From Podarcis muralis (lineage: Eukaryota), in assembly GCF_964188315.1 (NCBI RefSeq), contig NC_135670.1:15996001-16060000 (forward strand): a stretch of DNA of 64,000 nt, read 5' to 3'. Made by a program: the position numbers and the translations under genes. Every line of letters begins with the position of its first letter. Position 1 is the stretch's first letter. The notes below the pieces were generated by a model. That model worked only from the letters and a program-made list of their open reading frames with translations. It searched no databases and was not told the DNA's origin. Shown piece after piece: positions 51,301-62,342 of the stretch.

Positions 51301-54300
51301 CCCAGGGAACTCTGGGAATTGTAGCCCTGTTAGCAACTGTTTTGAGCAGGCTACTGGGACAAGTGATTTGGTTAAAACTGGGAGGGGGCAAGATTTTTAA
51401 GAAATCCCTCTTTTGGTGTGGCAGCACCTACACTATGGAACTCTCTGCCTATTGACATCAGACATATACAAGAGAAGCAAGACCACTCTAGGGACCAGGG
51501 CAGAGAAGAGGTGGGTTGTTGATATTGCAAGTATTGTCCAATCAGAACTGTGCAACATTAGGTTCTACTGGAAATGGCACAACTAGTTTTTCCTCCAGTC
51601 TTAGTCCTGGGCAGGGAATCCTAGATCCATTTGCAACATGGTGTAAATGCCCTTTGGAATTACAGGTTTTGATATTTAAATAGCATCCTCATTCAGCATG
51701 GCATCGTGTACAGAGTAAAGTGAGAACAGGTCCCAGCTTGATCTGCCAGAAAAAGCAAGTCTGTTTACACACCCTCAGAATATCAACACGGAAATCAAAC
51801 AATAAAAAGCCCTGAAGAATATTACAGGCCGGGGTTGGGCATCGCCTGAGAAGCGCATTTGTTCACCTATTGCACAAATGCAAATTCTGAGATCTGGCAC
51901 AAGAGAGTACAAATATTTCACTGCTCTCTGCTTTTATGAGCAAGGTTATAGTTTCTATGACCCTTGCCAACAAAGGTCCATATAGTTAAAGCCATGGTTT
52001 TCCCAGTAGTGATGTATGGAAGTGAGAACTGGACCATAAAGAAGGCTGATCGCCAAAGAATTGATGCTTTTGAATTATGGTGCTGGAGGAGACTCTTGAG
52101 AGTCCCACGGACTGCAAGAAGATCAAATCTATCCATTCTTAAGAAAATCAGCCCTGAGTGCTCACTGGAAGGACAGATCCTGAAGCTGAGGCTCCAATAC
52201 TTTGGCCACCTCATGAGAAGAGATGACTCCCTGGAAAAGACCCTGATGTTGGGAAATATGGAGGGCACAAGGAGAAGGGGACGACAGAGGACAAGATGGT
52301 TGGATAGTGTTCTCGAAGCTACCAGCATGAGTTTGACCAAACTGCGGGAGGCAGAGGAAGACAGGAGTGCCTGGCGTGCTCTGGTCCATGGGGTCACGAA
52401 GAGTCGGACACGACTAAATGACTAAACAACAACAACATGACCAGTAAAATCTCAGGCCAGAGAGGGAGAGCAAGAACAGTCATCAGTATTGGTGGGAAAA
52501 GTTCTCAGCGCTAGCAGAAGCCATTATGCAAAGTGTGGAAATAGATTAAAGTGTGCTAGATTTGCATAACTGATAAAAGTCAGCAGCTGGTACATTTGGG
52601 ATGCTGAGAAGCAAGAATGGGGGAAACTGGACTGCAGGGGTCAAATGAACAGCAGGACGGGGGTCTTTCCAGCCCACAGGACTCCCCTCAGGTCACACCT
52701 CCTCACACCAGGCAAACCCCCCTCCTTGGTCCTATTTTGCACCCTAGAATCATAGGGTTGGTACCCCATTTAGTCCACCCTCCTGCAATGCCCTCCTTGA
52801 ATACTTTTGTCCTTGAATTCCAACCATGCCTTTCGATCGCCCAGTTGGAAGACAGAGGAGTGTGTGTAAAAATAATAATAATATAATAATAATTTATTAT
52901 TTATACCCCGCCCATCTGGCTGGGCCTCCCCAGCCACTCTGGGCGGCTTCCATAAAAACCAAAAATACAATAAAATATCACATGTTAAAAACTTCCCTGA
53001 ACAGGGCTGCCTTAAGATGTCTCTTGAATGTCAGGTAGTTATTTATCACTTTGACATCTGCTGGAAGGGCGTTCCACAGGGTGGGCGCCACTACCGAGAA
53101 GGCCCTCTGCCTGGTTCCCTGTAGCTTTGCTTCTCGCAATGAGGGAACCGCCAGAAGGCCCTCGGCGCTGGATCTCAGCGTCCGGGCAGAATGATGGGGG
53201 TGGAGACGCTCCTTCAGGTATACTGGACCGAGGCCGTTTAGGGCTTTAAAGGTCAGCACCAACACTTTGAATTGTGCTCGGAAACGTACTGGGAGCCAAT
53301 GCAAGTCTTTCAAGACCGGTGTTATATGGTCTCGGCGGCCGCTCCCAGTCACCAGTCTAGCTGCCGCATTCTGGATTAGTTGTAATTTCCGAGTCACCTT
53401 CAAAGGTAGCCCCACGTAGAGTGCATTGCAGTAGTCCAAGCGGGAGATAACCAGAGCATGTACCACTCTGGCGAGACAGTCCGCAGGCAGATAGGGTCTC
53501 AGCCTACGTACCAGATGGAGCTGGTAAACAGCTGCCCTGGACACGGATTTGACCTGTGCCTCCATGGACAGCTGTGAGTCCAAAATGACTCCCAGGCTGC
53601 GCACCTGGTCCTTCAGGGGCACAGTTACCCCATTCAGGACCAGGGAATCCTCCACACCTGCCCGCCTCCTGTCCCCCAAAAACAGTACTTCTGTCTTGTC
53701 AGGATTCAACCTCAATCTGTTAGCCGCCATCCATCCTCCAACCGCCTCCAGACACTCACACAGGACCTTCACCGCCTTCACTGGTTCTGATTTAAAAGAG
53801 AGGTAGAGCTGGGTATCATCCGCATACTGATGAACACCCAGCCCAAACCTCCTGATGATCTCTCCCAGCGGCTGCATGTAAATGTTGAAAAGCATGGGGG
53901 AGAGGACAGAACCCTGAGGCACCCCACAAGTGAGAGCCCAGGGGTCTGAACACTCATCCCCCACCACCACTTTCTGAACACGGCCCAGGAGGAAGGAGCG
54001 GAACCACTGTATAACAGTGCCCCCAGCTCCCAGCCCCTCAAGACGGTCCAGAAGGATGCTATGGTCGATGGTATCAAACGCCGCTGAGAGATCCAGCAGA
54101 ACTAGGAAACAGCTCTCACCTTTGTCCCTAGCCCGCCGGAGATCATCAACCAGTGCGACCAAGGCAGTTTCAGTCCCATGATGAGGCCTGAATCCCGGCT
54201 GGAAGGGATCTACTATATACTAGGAACTAGCCTACTATATACAAAGGTACAATTCACACTTGTGGTTCTGCCATCTTTTACCTCTGGCACCTGCCCCACC

Positions 54301-55202
54301 CCCAGGCAAGTGGCCCTTGACCAGATTCCTAAAAGGGAATGTGGCCCTCAATCTGAAAAGGCTTCCTAAAGGTTTTTTGGCCAAACCTGGCAGGGAAACC
54401 CTTTCTCCCCTGGAGCAAAACCCACAGCCAGACGCTCACCTACGATGATCGGGAAGGTTGCAAAGACGCCGCAGCGCATGGTGTAGACCAGGCGGGAGCT
54501 CATGGTGGGCATGAATGGCGCGTCAAAGGGCAAGAAGACATATGCCCCGTAGATCAGGCAGGGGAAGATGACGGCGGCTCCAATCATGGAAGCCACCGCT
54601 TTGAGGTTGGCTGAGCTGCAGGTGCCGTTTTGAAAGCAAGGCCACCTCTCGGCGCAGGTCTTGCCTGGCTTCCCCTCGTAGCTGGGCGAGTCGTCAAAAT
54701 GGGCCGAGTAGCCACGGGAGATGAAGTTCTGCTTCTCGAGGGCGGCGTTCTCCCTCTCGCAGCGGATAATCTCATCCTCTTCATCGTACGCCGGGTACCA
54801 TTCCTTTTTCTCGGTTACTGGCGTGCGTTCGATGCAGTAGGGGTCGATGGGGATGAAGACTTGGGCCGCCACCGCAGGCATACAGTTGTCATCCTCTTTC
54901 TCCTCCTCCTCCTCCTTCTCCTCCACCACTTGGCTAGCAGGAACTCCAGAGAAGGCCTCACTGTCCACACCAGGCCCCATAATGGCCTCTTCCCTGCTCC
55001 CCTCAGGACTTGGTCTGGAGTCAGTCTCCAACGTTTCCAGCGTTGGCGTCTCACAAGACGTATCATGACGGGCTTGATCCCACGGCAGGGTCGCCTCAGA
55101 ATTCTGCTCTGGGGTGTAACTTGTCACTTCCTGGTTCTCAGGGGGGTCCTTTCCCAAAACTACCATCACCACCTCCTCCTCCAAAGGGATAGCAGCTGCC
55201 AT
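48368..55202 (-). CDS. TMEM79: Transmembrane protein 79 (mattrin), 3 coding exons, 397 aa
   Basis: Exons 55202-54440, 50820-50607, 48584-48368 (763+214+217=1194 nt), GT-AG. Contains [83 protein letters not shown] and [14 protein letters not shown]. Confidence 0.96.
48654..48959 (+). mobile_element. Solo LTR (306 bp) in the last TMEM79 intron, antisense
   Basis: TGTTATG...ACTTCA termini; 5-bp TSD GTGAT (48649-53, 48960-64); CCAAT at 48734 and 48814, TATATAA at 48857-63, degenerate polyA signal near 48901. Confidence 0.82.
49051..49255 (+). mobile_element. tRNA-derived (MIR/Squam-like) SINE
   Basis: AGTGGTGTAGTG A box, GGTTCAAATCCC B box, same core as 37118 and 13990. Confidence 0.75.
49817..50258 (+). 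mobile_element. Probable L1/Tx1-type 3' UTR fragment
   Basis: Sharp shift to A-rich then T-rich sequence ending CAATAAAAATGTGTTTTTAAAAAAG; no ORF evidence. Confidence 0.35.
51963..52436 (+). mobile_element. BovB 3' fragment in TMEM79 intron
   Basis: 153-aa open BovB C-terminus, (CAA)n tail, 6-bp TSD ATGACC (51957-62, 52437-42). Confidence 0.93.
52869..54210 (-). mobile_element. Young L2, 5'-truncated in RT, TMEM79 intron
   Basis: 394-aa open frame differing from the 29765 ORF at only about 15 residues by eye; same 3' UTR and (TTA)n tail. Confidence 0.95.
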
Positions 55203-55384
55203 TTTGGGACCTCCAGGAAAATCTCCAGCAAGTTTTGACTTCTTCTCAAGGGGACAGTTGCATCCAGTGGGCTTCTCAAGCTAGGGCGCCATAACTGCAA
55301 TTTATCCCTGATCCTGATGACTCCCTGCTTCCGGGAGGGCAATTTAGATCTGGAAAGTGGAGGTGCAATCTGTTTCTGGACAAG

Positions 55385-55456
55385 TTTATAGCTAGGCTCG
55401 CCTCATCTTCTCCATCTGGCTCTACAAAGGGGTGGAAAAGCATACAACATGACTCA
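55385..55456 (-). promoter_or_regulatory. TMEM79: Candidate proximal TMEM79 promoter (TATA + CACCC + AP-1)
   Basis: Minus-strand TATAAA at 55390-85, CCACCCC at 55435-29, TGACTCA at 55450-56; a usable acceptor (TTTCCAG, 55351-50) also lies just downstream. Confidence 0.45.
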
Positions 55457-56532
55457 GTTTAAAGGCAGCCATTATAGGACTGTTCTATAAAACCAGGCCT
55501 TCCAATTCAAGCAAATACCAACAGTGGAAAAAGCTTAAGGACATAAAAATGTAAGAAAAGTCTGTTGGATCAGGCCAAAGGAGGGCCAAGCAGATGATTG
55601 TATTCACAAGCATTACTGCCTCTGACTGTGGAGGCAGAGCATAGCCTCCTCCTCCTCTATGAATTTGTCTAAGCCTCTTTTTTTAAAGCCATCTAAGTTG
55701 GTGGCCATTACTGCCTCCAGTGGGAGGGAGTTCCATATGTTACCTATGTGCTGTGTGAAGGACGTTCTTTTATCTTGTCCTGAATCTTCCAATGTTCAGC
55801 TTCATTGGAAGTCAACAAGTCGTAGCTTCAAGAGGGAGAAAAACTTATCTCTATCCACTTTCCCAATGCCAAGCATAATTTTATAAACTTCTATCACGTC
55901 GCCTCTTTCTCGACTTTTCTCTAAACTAAAAAACCCCCCAAACGCTGCAACCTTTCTTCATTACGGTTACCCTTTTGTGAACCTTAAACCTTGGCACAGA
56001 CAGTCTTGACTCATGAGAATCAATAAGGGCTCTCATGAGCGCCAATGACAGAACTGTAACCCTGGGTTAATATTTAGAAGAGAAATGACCAGCCTTGATC
56101 CTGAAACGGAAGCCACAGACTTGTGAGCTGGATGCCCAGGTTCCTAAATCCAGATCAAGCAGAACTAGGTAGGCTCTGGTTACTCAGCGATGATGAACTG
56201 GGCTGTCACCTAGCCAGAAACCAGGACCCGGCCCAACCAGAATGCTACCTTCCTGGCCTGTTGTAAGAAGACTTGGAGGATTATAAAGCCAGGAGGAAAA
56301 TGGGAAGGAGCCACACCCCACAACTCTACCCATTTTCCCTAGATACTCTCATGATTCCAGCTACAACCCAGGACACCAATGTGGCGTCACTTCCCTCCAA
56401 ATTACTCATCATGGCCTCTTGGGTGGAACATTTGGCTTAACACTGTCTGCTACCAAGCCGGGTCCCTCGTATTAATTTTAATAGTGCTGTTTTTACCATC
56501 TGTATTTTAATACATTTCTTTGTGAGTTCCAT

Positions 56533-56894
56533 GCGACGCGGTTGGCGCTGTGGGTTAAACCACAGAGCCTAGGACTTGCCGATCAGAAGGTCGGCGGTTC
56601 GAATCACAGCGACGGGGTGAGCTCCTGTTGCTCGGTCCCTGCTCTTGCCAACCTAGCAGTTCGAAAGCACGTCATGTGCAAGTAGATAAATAGGGACCGC
56701 TCCGGCGGGAAGATAAACGGCGTTTCCGTGTGCTGCTCTGGTTTGCCAGAAGCGGCTTAGTCATGCTGGCCACATGACCCGGAAGCTGTCTGCAGACGAA
56801 CGCCGGCTCCCTTGGCCTATAGAGCGAGATGAGCGCGCAACCCCAGAGTTGGTCACGACTGGACCTAATGGTCAGGGTTCCCTTTACCTTTACC
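56533..56894 (+). mobile_element. Sauria SINE (subfamily A) inserted into a minus-strand CR1 relic
   Basis: 13-bp TSD TTGTGAGTTCCAT (56520-32, 56895-907). Confidence 0.92.
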
Positions 56895-57444
56895 TTGTGA
56901 GTTCCATAGTTTAACTATGTGCTGCGAGAGAAGTTCTTTCTTTTATCTGCCCTGAATCTTCCAACATTCAGCTTTGTTGAATGTCCACAACTTCTTGTCT
57001 TATGAGAGAGGGAGAAAAAAACTCTCCCCTAATCACTTTTTCCACCCCAAGTATAATTCTATAAACGTCTATCGCTGAAGTACCTTAGCAGTACTTTTTT
57101 CCCTTTTTCTTTTGTGCCTTAGCAGTACTAAAAAAAAACAAGCAAAAGAATTCATGAGCTCAGATTTCTTTAAATCTGTTTGTCTTCTGTTAGTGATTTC
57201 GGAGTTCTAGATCTCGCTGGTCAATGATCTTTCCGTCCCTACTGTAAAATATCTCCTGCACATTGGCCTTCCTTAACCTGGCGCTTTTCGGATGCCTCAC
57301 GCTACAACTCCCATCAGTCATGCTTATTGGGGCTGATGGAATTTATAGTCCAAAACACCTGGAGGGCTCCAGGACGGTGAAGGCTGATAGACGTCAAAAC
57401 ACGTATATATGAAGTAATAACAAATAAGGATTTTGCAAAAGTGC

Positions 57445-58345
57445 AACCACATTTGGACTATTCTGTATAGGTCTGGTCACCTCACCTCAAAACGGATATT
57501 GTGGAGCTGGAAATGGTTTAGAAAAAGGATCTCAAAATGATCAAGGGGATGGGATGACTCCCCTATAAGGCAATGTGGCAGTGTTTGGGATTTCTTACTT
57601 TAGAAAAAACGTGAGTAAGACGTGAAATAGAAGTTTATAAAATTATTTGAGGCAAGGAGAAATTTTTTCCTCCTCTCTCACAACACTAGGATTTGTGGGC
57701 TTCCAATGAAGCTGAAGTTGGAAGGTTCAGGGCAGAGAAAAGAAAGTCCAGTGTTAAACTCGCTCCCACAGGAAGGCAGTAATTGCCACTTGTTTGGGTA
57801 GCTTTAAAAGATTAGACAAATTTATGGAAGAGAGGGCGGTCGACAGATGCTAGTCACAATGGCAGAGATAATAATAATAATAATAATTTTATTATCTACA
57901 CCCCACCCATCTGGCTGGGTTTCCCCAGCCACTCTTCTGAATACCAGTTGGTGGAAACTGTTATCGTTGTGGGTGAACATATCAGACGACATAGCGATTC
58001 TTCAGACAGCTCTTGTTTATTCACAGGCCAGAACAGAACTGAACTGAAGGGTTCAGCCAACCTGCTTATATAGAGCTCAACTACAAAGCAACAGTAACAA
58101 TTTTCTGTAACTGTCCAATCACTGAAGGTCACTTTCAATTCCTTATTTGCATATGCAGACCTGAGTGAAAACTATCTACAGTATGCCCCTGCTGGCCCAG
58201 GGTGAGAACTTCAGTATATAATAGAAACCACAGGTGGGGTCAGTGCTCTTGTGCTTGAATCCTGCTTGCTGGTTTCCCACCGGGAATTGTTTGGTCATTG
58301 TTAGAACAGGATCCTAGACTAGATGGGCCACTGGCCTGATCCAGC
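57445..58345 (+). mobile_element. Decayed CR1 3' half, interrupted by an L2 tail stub (57870-57935) and a solo LTR
   Basis: CCACATTTGGACTA..GTCTGGTCACCTCACCTCAAAA.GGATATTGTGGAGCTGGAAA, then 3'-UTR blocks that resume on both sides of the inserts (TCTGAATACCAGTTG.TGGAAAC | CACAGG). Confidence 0.65.
57959..58223 (-). mobile_element. Solo LTR (265 bp) upstream of TMEM79, same sense as TMEM79
   Basis: Minus strand T(A)TTATATAC...CGATAACA; 5-bp TSD GAAAC (57954-58, 58224-28); octamer ATGCAAAT (58152-45), inverted CCAAT, TATATAA (58072-66), AATAAA (58021-16). Shares TATATAAGCAG..TTCAGTTCTGTT with the 48654 LTR. Confidence 0.82.
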
Positions 58346-58551
58346 ATTATGCAATGGGGCTCCAAGGAGAGGCTGCCTTTGCTGTGAAGGGACATTGCCC
58401 TGAGCTATGAATGCACCAGTGCAGGCCCTGTGGAAAGGTACTGGTGCCTGTTTGGGCTATTTTACACACACCTGTGCTGGCCTTGGAGATCTGGAGACAG
58501 GCTGGACAGCTTCAGCCAGTTGGATGCCCTTAATGATGAAACAGTTTGACC

Positions 58552-58568
58552 AGGTCAGCTATGGGTCA
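58552..58568 (+). promoter_or_regulatory. DR5 nuclear-receptor element (RARE-like)
   Basis: AGGTCA-gctat-GGGTCA, a perfect RGKTCA-n5-RGKTCA; function untested. Confidence 0.35.
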
Positions 58569-58938
58569 ATGCAGCCTGCAGTCCCAAAAAATATTAGCCG
58601 CTCTTGCCTTGGCTCCCTTAACTGAAAGGAAGCTGCTTGTTTTGTTTTGTTTTGTTTTTTAAAGCAAAAGCTGGAATTGTAGAATTGAATTTTATAGTTC
58701 CATGAAACACCTGCTGTCTTGTTCAAAATCACCTTCCAGTCTGCTGTTAAAACAAAAAATAAAGGCAGCTTACTTTCAGCTGAAACAGGCAAGCCTAGGG
58801 TGGCTAATCTTGTTGGGGGCACCGGCCGCAGTGACCCATGGCTGACCCTCACAGAGGGGAGAGATGCTTTTCAAAGTGGGCATGGCAATAAGTCAGTGCT
58901 CAAAGGCTGCCTCCCGAAAGGGTAGATGTGAGAAGGGT

Positions 58939-59225
58939 CTCAGCTTCAGGATCTGTCCTTCCAGTGAGAGGGACAGATCCTGAAGCTGAGGCTCCAATAC
59001 TTTGGCCACCTCATGAGAAGAGAAGACTCCCTGGAAAAGAGCCTGATGTTGAGAAAGATGGAGGGCACAAGGAGAAGGGGATGACAGAGGACGAGATGGT
59101 TGGATAGTGTTCTTGAAGCTACCAGCATGAGTTTGACTACATTGCGGGAGGCAGTGGAAGACAGGAGTGCCTGGCGCGCTCTGGTCCAGGGGGTCACAAA
59201 GAGTCGGACACGACTAAACAACAAC
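58939..59225 (+). mobile_element. BovB 3' fragment with inverted 5' end
   Basis: BovB body 58971-59225 with (CAA)n tail; 58939-58968 is BovB sequence in reverse; flanks GAGAAGGGTC / GAGAGGGGTC form a ~10-bp TSD. Confidence 0.88.
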
Positions 59226-60157
59226 GAGAGGGGTCAGTAATTGTACAATGCAGGAAACCGTGCCATGTTTTTATTTTTTGCATTTGATTGAAGGCCCTAG
59301 CTGGAGAGGTCAGTGAGGACTGAACCAGGAATTTTCCGCATGCCAAACGGGCACTCTGCCACTCAGCTATGGGTCATAGGTAAGGCAAGAGTAATGGGGG
59401 ATGACATCAACTGAGCTCCTGCAAAAAAAGGAGGAGCAGGAAGGCAGACAAGGTGGAAATTCCAGAATAGTTCATGCAAATGGTCCCTTCCGACTCTACA
59501 ATTCTACAACTCTATGAAACAGTCTGTTCTTTTAGGTGTTTTCCTGGGCAGCTGCCTCCAAGCCGTGAGTTGTTGATCAGGAATGACCGGCTCCATTAAA
59601 TAACCGTCCTTCTCTCACCACCAATACGCAAAATTTCAGGATTATTATTATTATTTGTGGAACAGTATGGAAGCTATGTGGGGCTTCCTTCGTGCTTGAT
59701 TCCAGAAGCTGCATAATTTTGCAGCACAATTGCTGACAGGAGGCAGGCTTTCTAAGCATATAACATCCCTGCTCAGAAATCCACACTGGTTAAAAATTTG
59801 CTACCAGGCTAAGGTCAAGGTGTTACTATTAGCACATAAAGCCCTCAACAACTCGGGACCGGTTTACCGGCCTTACTATGTGCCCACCTGCTTTGACTGG
59901 AAGCAGGAATCACGTGGGATATAAATGGAACCCCTGCCAGTAATCTGGCTGGACCAACTGAAGTCTCCAAGTCATCTTCAAGGGCAGCCCCATGCAGAGT
60001 TGTACTTTAGAACTACAAGTCCCAGCATCCCATGCTGGCTAGGGCTGATGGGAGTTGTAGTCCGAAACATCTGGAGGAGACCAGGTTGGTAAAGAATGAC
60101 CAAGATTAAACTTCGGGGTCCCTTCCAACTGTACAATTCTATGCAACTGATATAATA

Positions 60158-60516
60158 AAAGGTAAAGGTACCCCTGCCCGTACGGGCCAGTCTTGACAGA
60201 CTCTAGGGTTGTGCGCCCATCTCACTCAAGAGGCCAGGGGCCAGCGCTGTCCGGAGACACTTCCGGGTCACGTGGCCAGCGTGACAAGCTGCATCTGGCG
60301 AGCCAGAGCCGCACACGGAAACGCCGTTTACCTTCCCGCTAGTAAGCGGTCCCTATTTATCTACTTGCACCCGGGGGTGCTTTCGAACTGCTAGGTTGGC
60401 AGGCGCTGGGACCGAACAACGGGAGCGCACCCCGTCGCGGGGATTCAAACCGCCAACCTTTTGATCGGCAAGCCCTAGGCGCTGAGGCTTTTACCCACAG
60501 CGCCACCCGCGTCCCT
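60158..60516 (-). mobile_element. Sauria SINE (subfamily B, full length)
   Basis: 14-bp TSD CAACTGATATAATA (60144-57, 60517-30). Confidence 0.93.
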
Positions 60517-62342
60517 CAACTGATATAATATAAAAGAATTAAAACATCCAAATAGTACATCAGAAAAAAATATATAAACACAGGTGAACCGGGCATTCTC
60601 ATGACACACTTGGGAAATAATATATAAATGCCAAATATATAGGATCAAAGCTTGCAAAGTTAACAACCTTCTATTAACCTTAGAGAGAGTCAGAGACACG
60701 ATATCTAAAGAACGAAAATCTGGATAAAGTTCAGGCTCACACACCTCTCCAAAAGGAAAAGGGAACAGAAGGTGTTCTAGGCTGTTCTGGTGAGGAATTA
60801 ATGAAATAAATGATGGGAGGCGAGTCATAACATTTATCTGTGGTAACATCACCTCTGACTACAATGCAATGTTGTGTTAGTTTGTCTAAAAGCACAATCT
60901 TCAATCGGCAGAACTGGCACCATCGCAAGTGCCACATAATACCCATTCTGCCTTTGTAAGAACTCGATATTCTAGTGTGGCAGCACCCAAACTCTGGAAC
61001 TCCCTGCCTGTTGATATCAAGCAGGTGCCTTTTTTCGGCACCTACTACAAACATTTTTGTTTAGACAAGCCTGCCTAGATAGAATCATAGAACTGGAAGG
61101 ACGTTTCGAAAGCTGATGCAAGCTTTAATCTGTTTTTTTTATTCCTATTTTTACTTTTTGAAAACCTTAAATTATCAGGACTCAAGTCTTCTTATTTACA
61201 ATTTTATTGCCTTCTCTTTTTTGTAAAACGCTTTGCGTGTTTGCTTCTCTGTTTACAATCAAGCAGTGTACGAAATTTTATGAAATAAATAAAATAGAAA
61301 CAATCCAAATCCTATACCACTTTTGCATAGTTAACATACAGCCCTAGTCTGACTGGGAGTTGCAAATTCTAAATGCGCCCAGAGGCCCCAAAAAGTTGGC
61401 AACCCCTCATTTAAAAACTAACAATTTAAAGCAGCAATCCTGTATGCGTGCAGCTCAGTAGAGTTCCCTATCCAAAGCAAATATCCACAAGATTGCTTTG
61501 TAATGCTGCCGATTCTATCTACACTTATCTGGGAGACCCATTGAGCATCACTTTCTGAGTAAGGATCACAGAACTGTGTCTGGAATATCCTTTGAGTAGA
61601 ATTCCCTGTGCAATTCAGATGTGCAAAAAGATTTCTTCCTTTCTTACCTGGTTTTCTCTGTGTATCACTAACACACAGGTCTTATTTTAAAACTTTGGAG
61701 CCCAAAGCCTGTGGCATTTATTAAAAACACTGACCATTTTCAAGGAAATGCCAGTTTTCCCACCACACCACACAACATGATGGGGGGGGGGGGGGGAGAT
61801 CACAACCGAAACACAATGAAAAATATTTCTGCAACCCCGTCTGTGTTTAGGAGAGGGGAAGAACCCAAGGTGGCTCCTATTTCTGAAGAGGAAAAGGTGC
61901 AGAAGCAAATTAAAACAGGGCTTACCCAAATGGAGGAAGGCATGGCTCCCACAATAGCGTCCCCACTTCCTGCTCCCTCCAAATCCCCTCTTCCCCAGCC
62001 TTCACGTCCCCCTTTTTTTACCTGGGGAAAGAAAACTGAGCTTGTTCCAAACACCAGGAAGCAGATCCAGTTTAGGAACGGTTGTTCTGTAATTCTCTGG
62101 AAATGCTCAGCTTACCCTCTGCTTTCGCTTGGACTTTCAAACCTGTTTAACCAGCCCAGGTGGAGCTGGGATTAAAGGGCCAGGGGGGTGGCTTGCCTGG
62201 CCCCACCCTCCAAGCCTCTGAGTTTTGAAACACATGCACATCCCTCCTGGAAAGTGTGGATGGAGCCGGCTAAGTCCCGCAAGTTCTGATCTCTCTTTTA
62301 AACACACACGCCAACTTTATTTATCAGTATTAGCCATTTAAT

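Noticed and set aside
57934-57950. Apparent primer-binding site (TGGTATTCAGAAG) after the minus-strand LTR, suggesting an LTR-PBS-L2 chimera
   Set aside because: The same bases are part of the host CR1 3'-UTR block (compare 3930-3960), which resumes after the GAAAC TSD; the LTR is a simple solo insertion.
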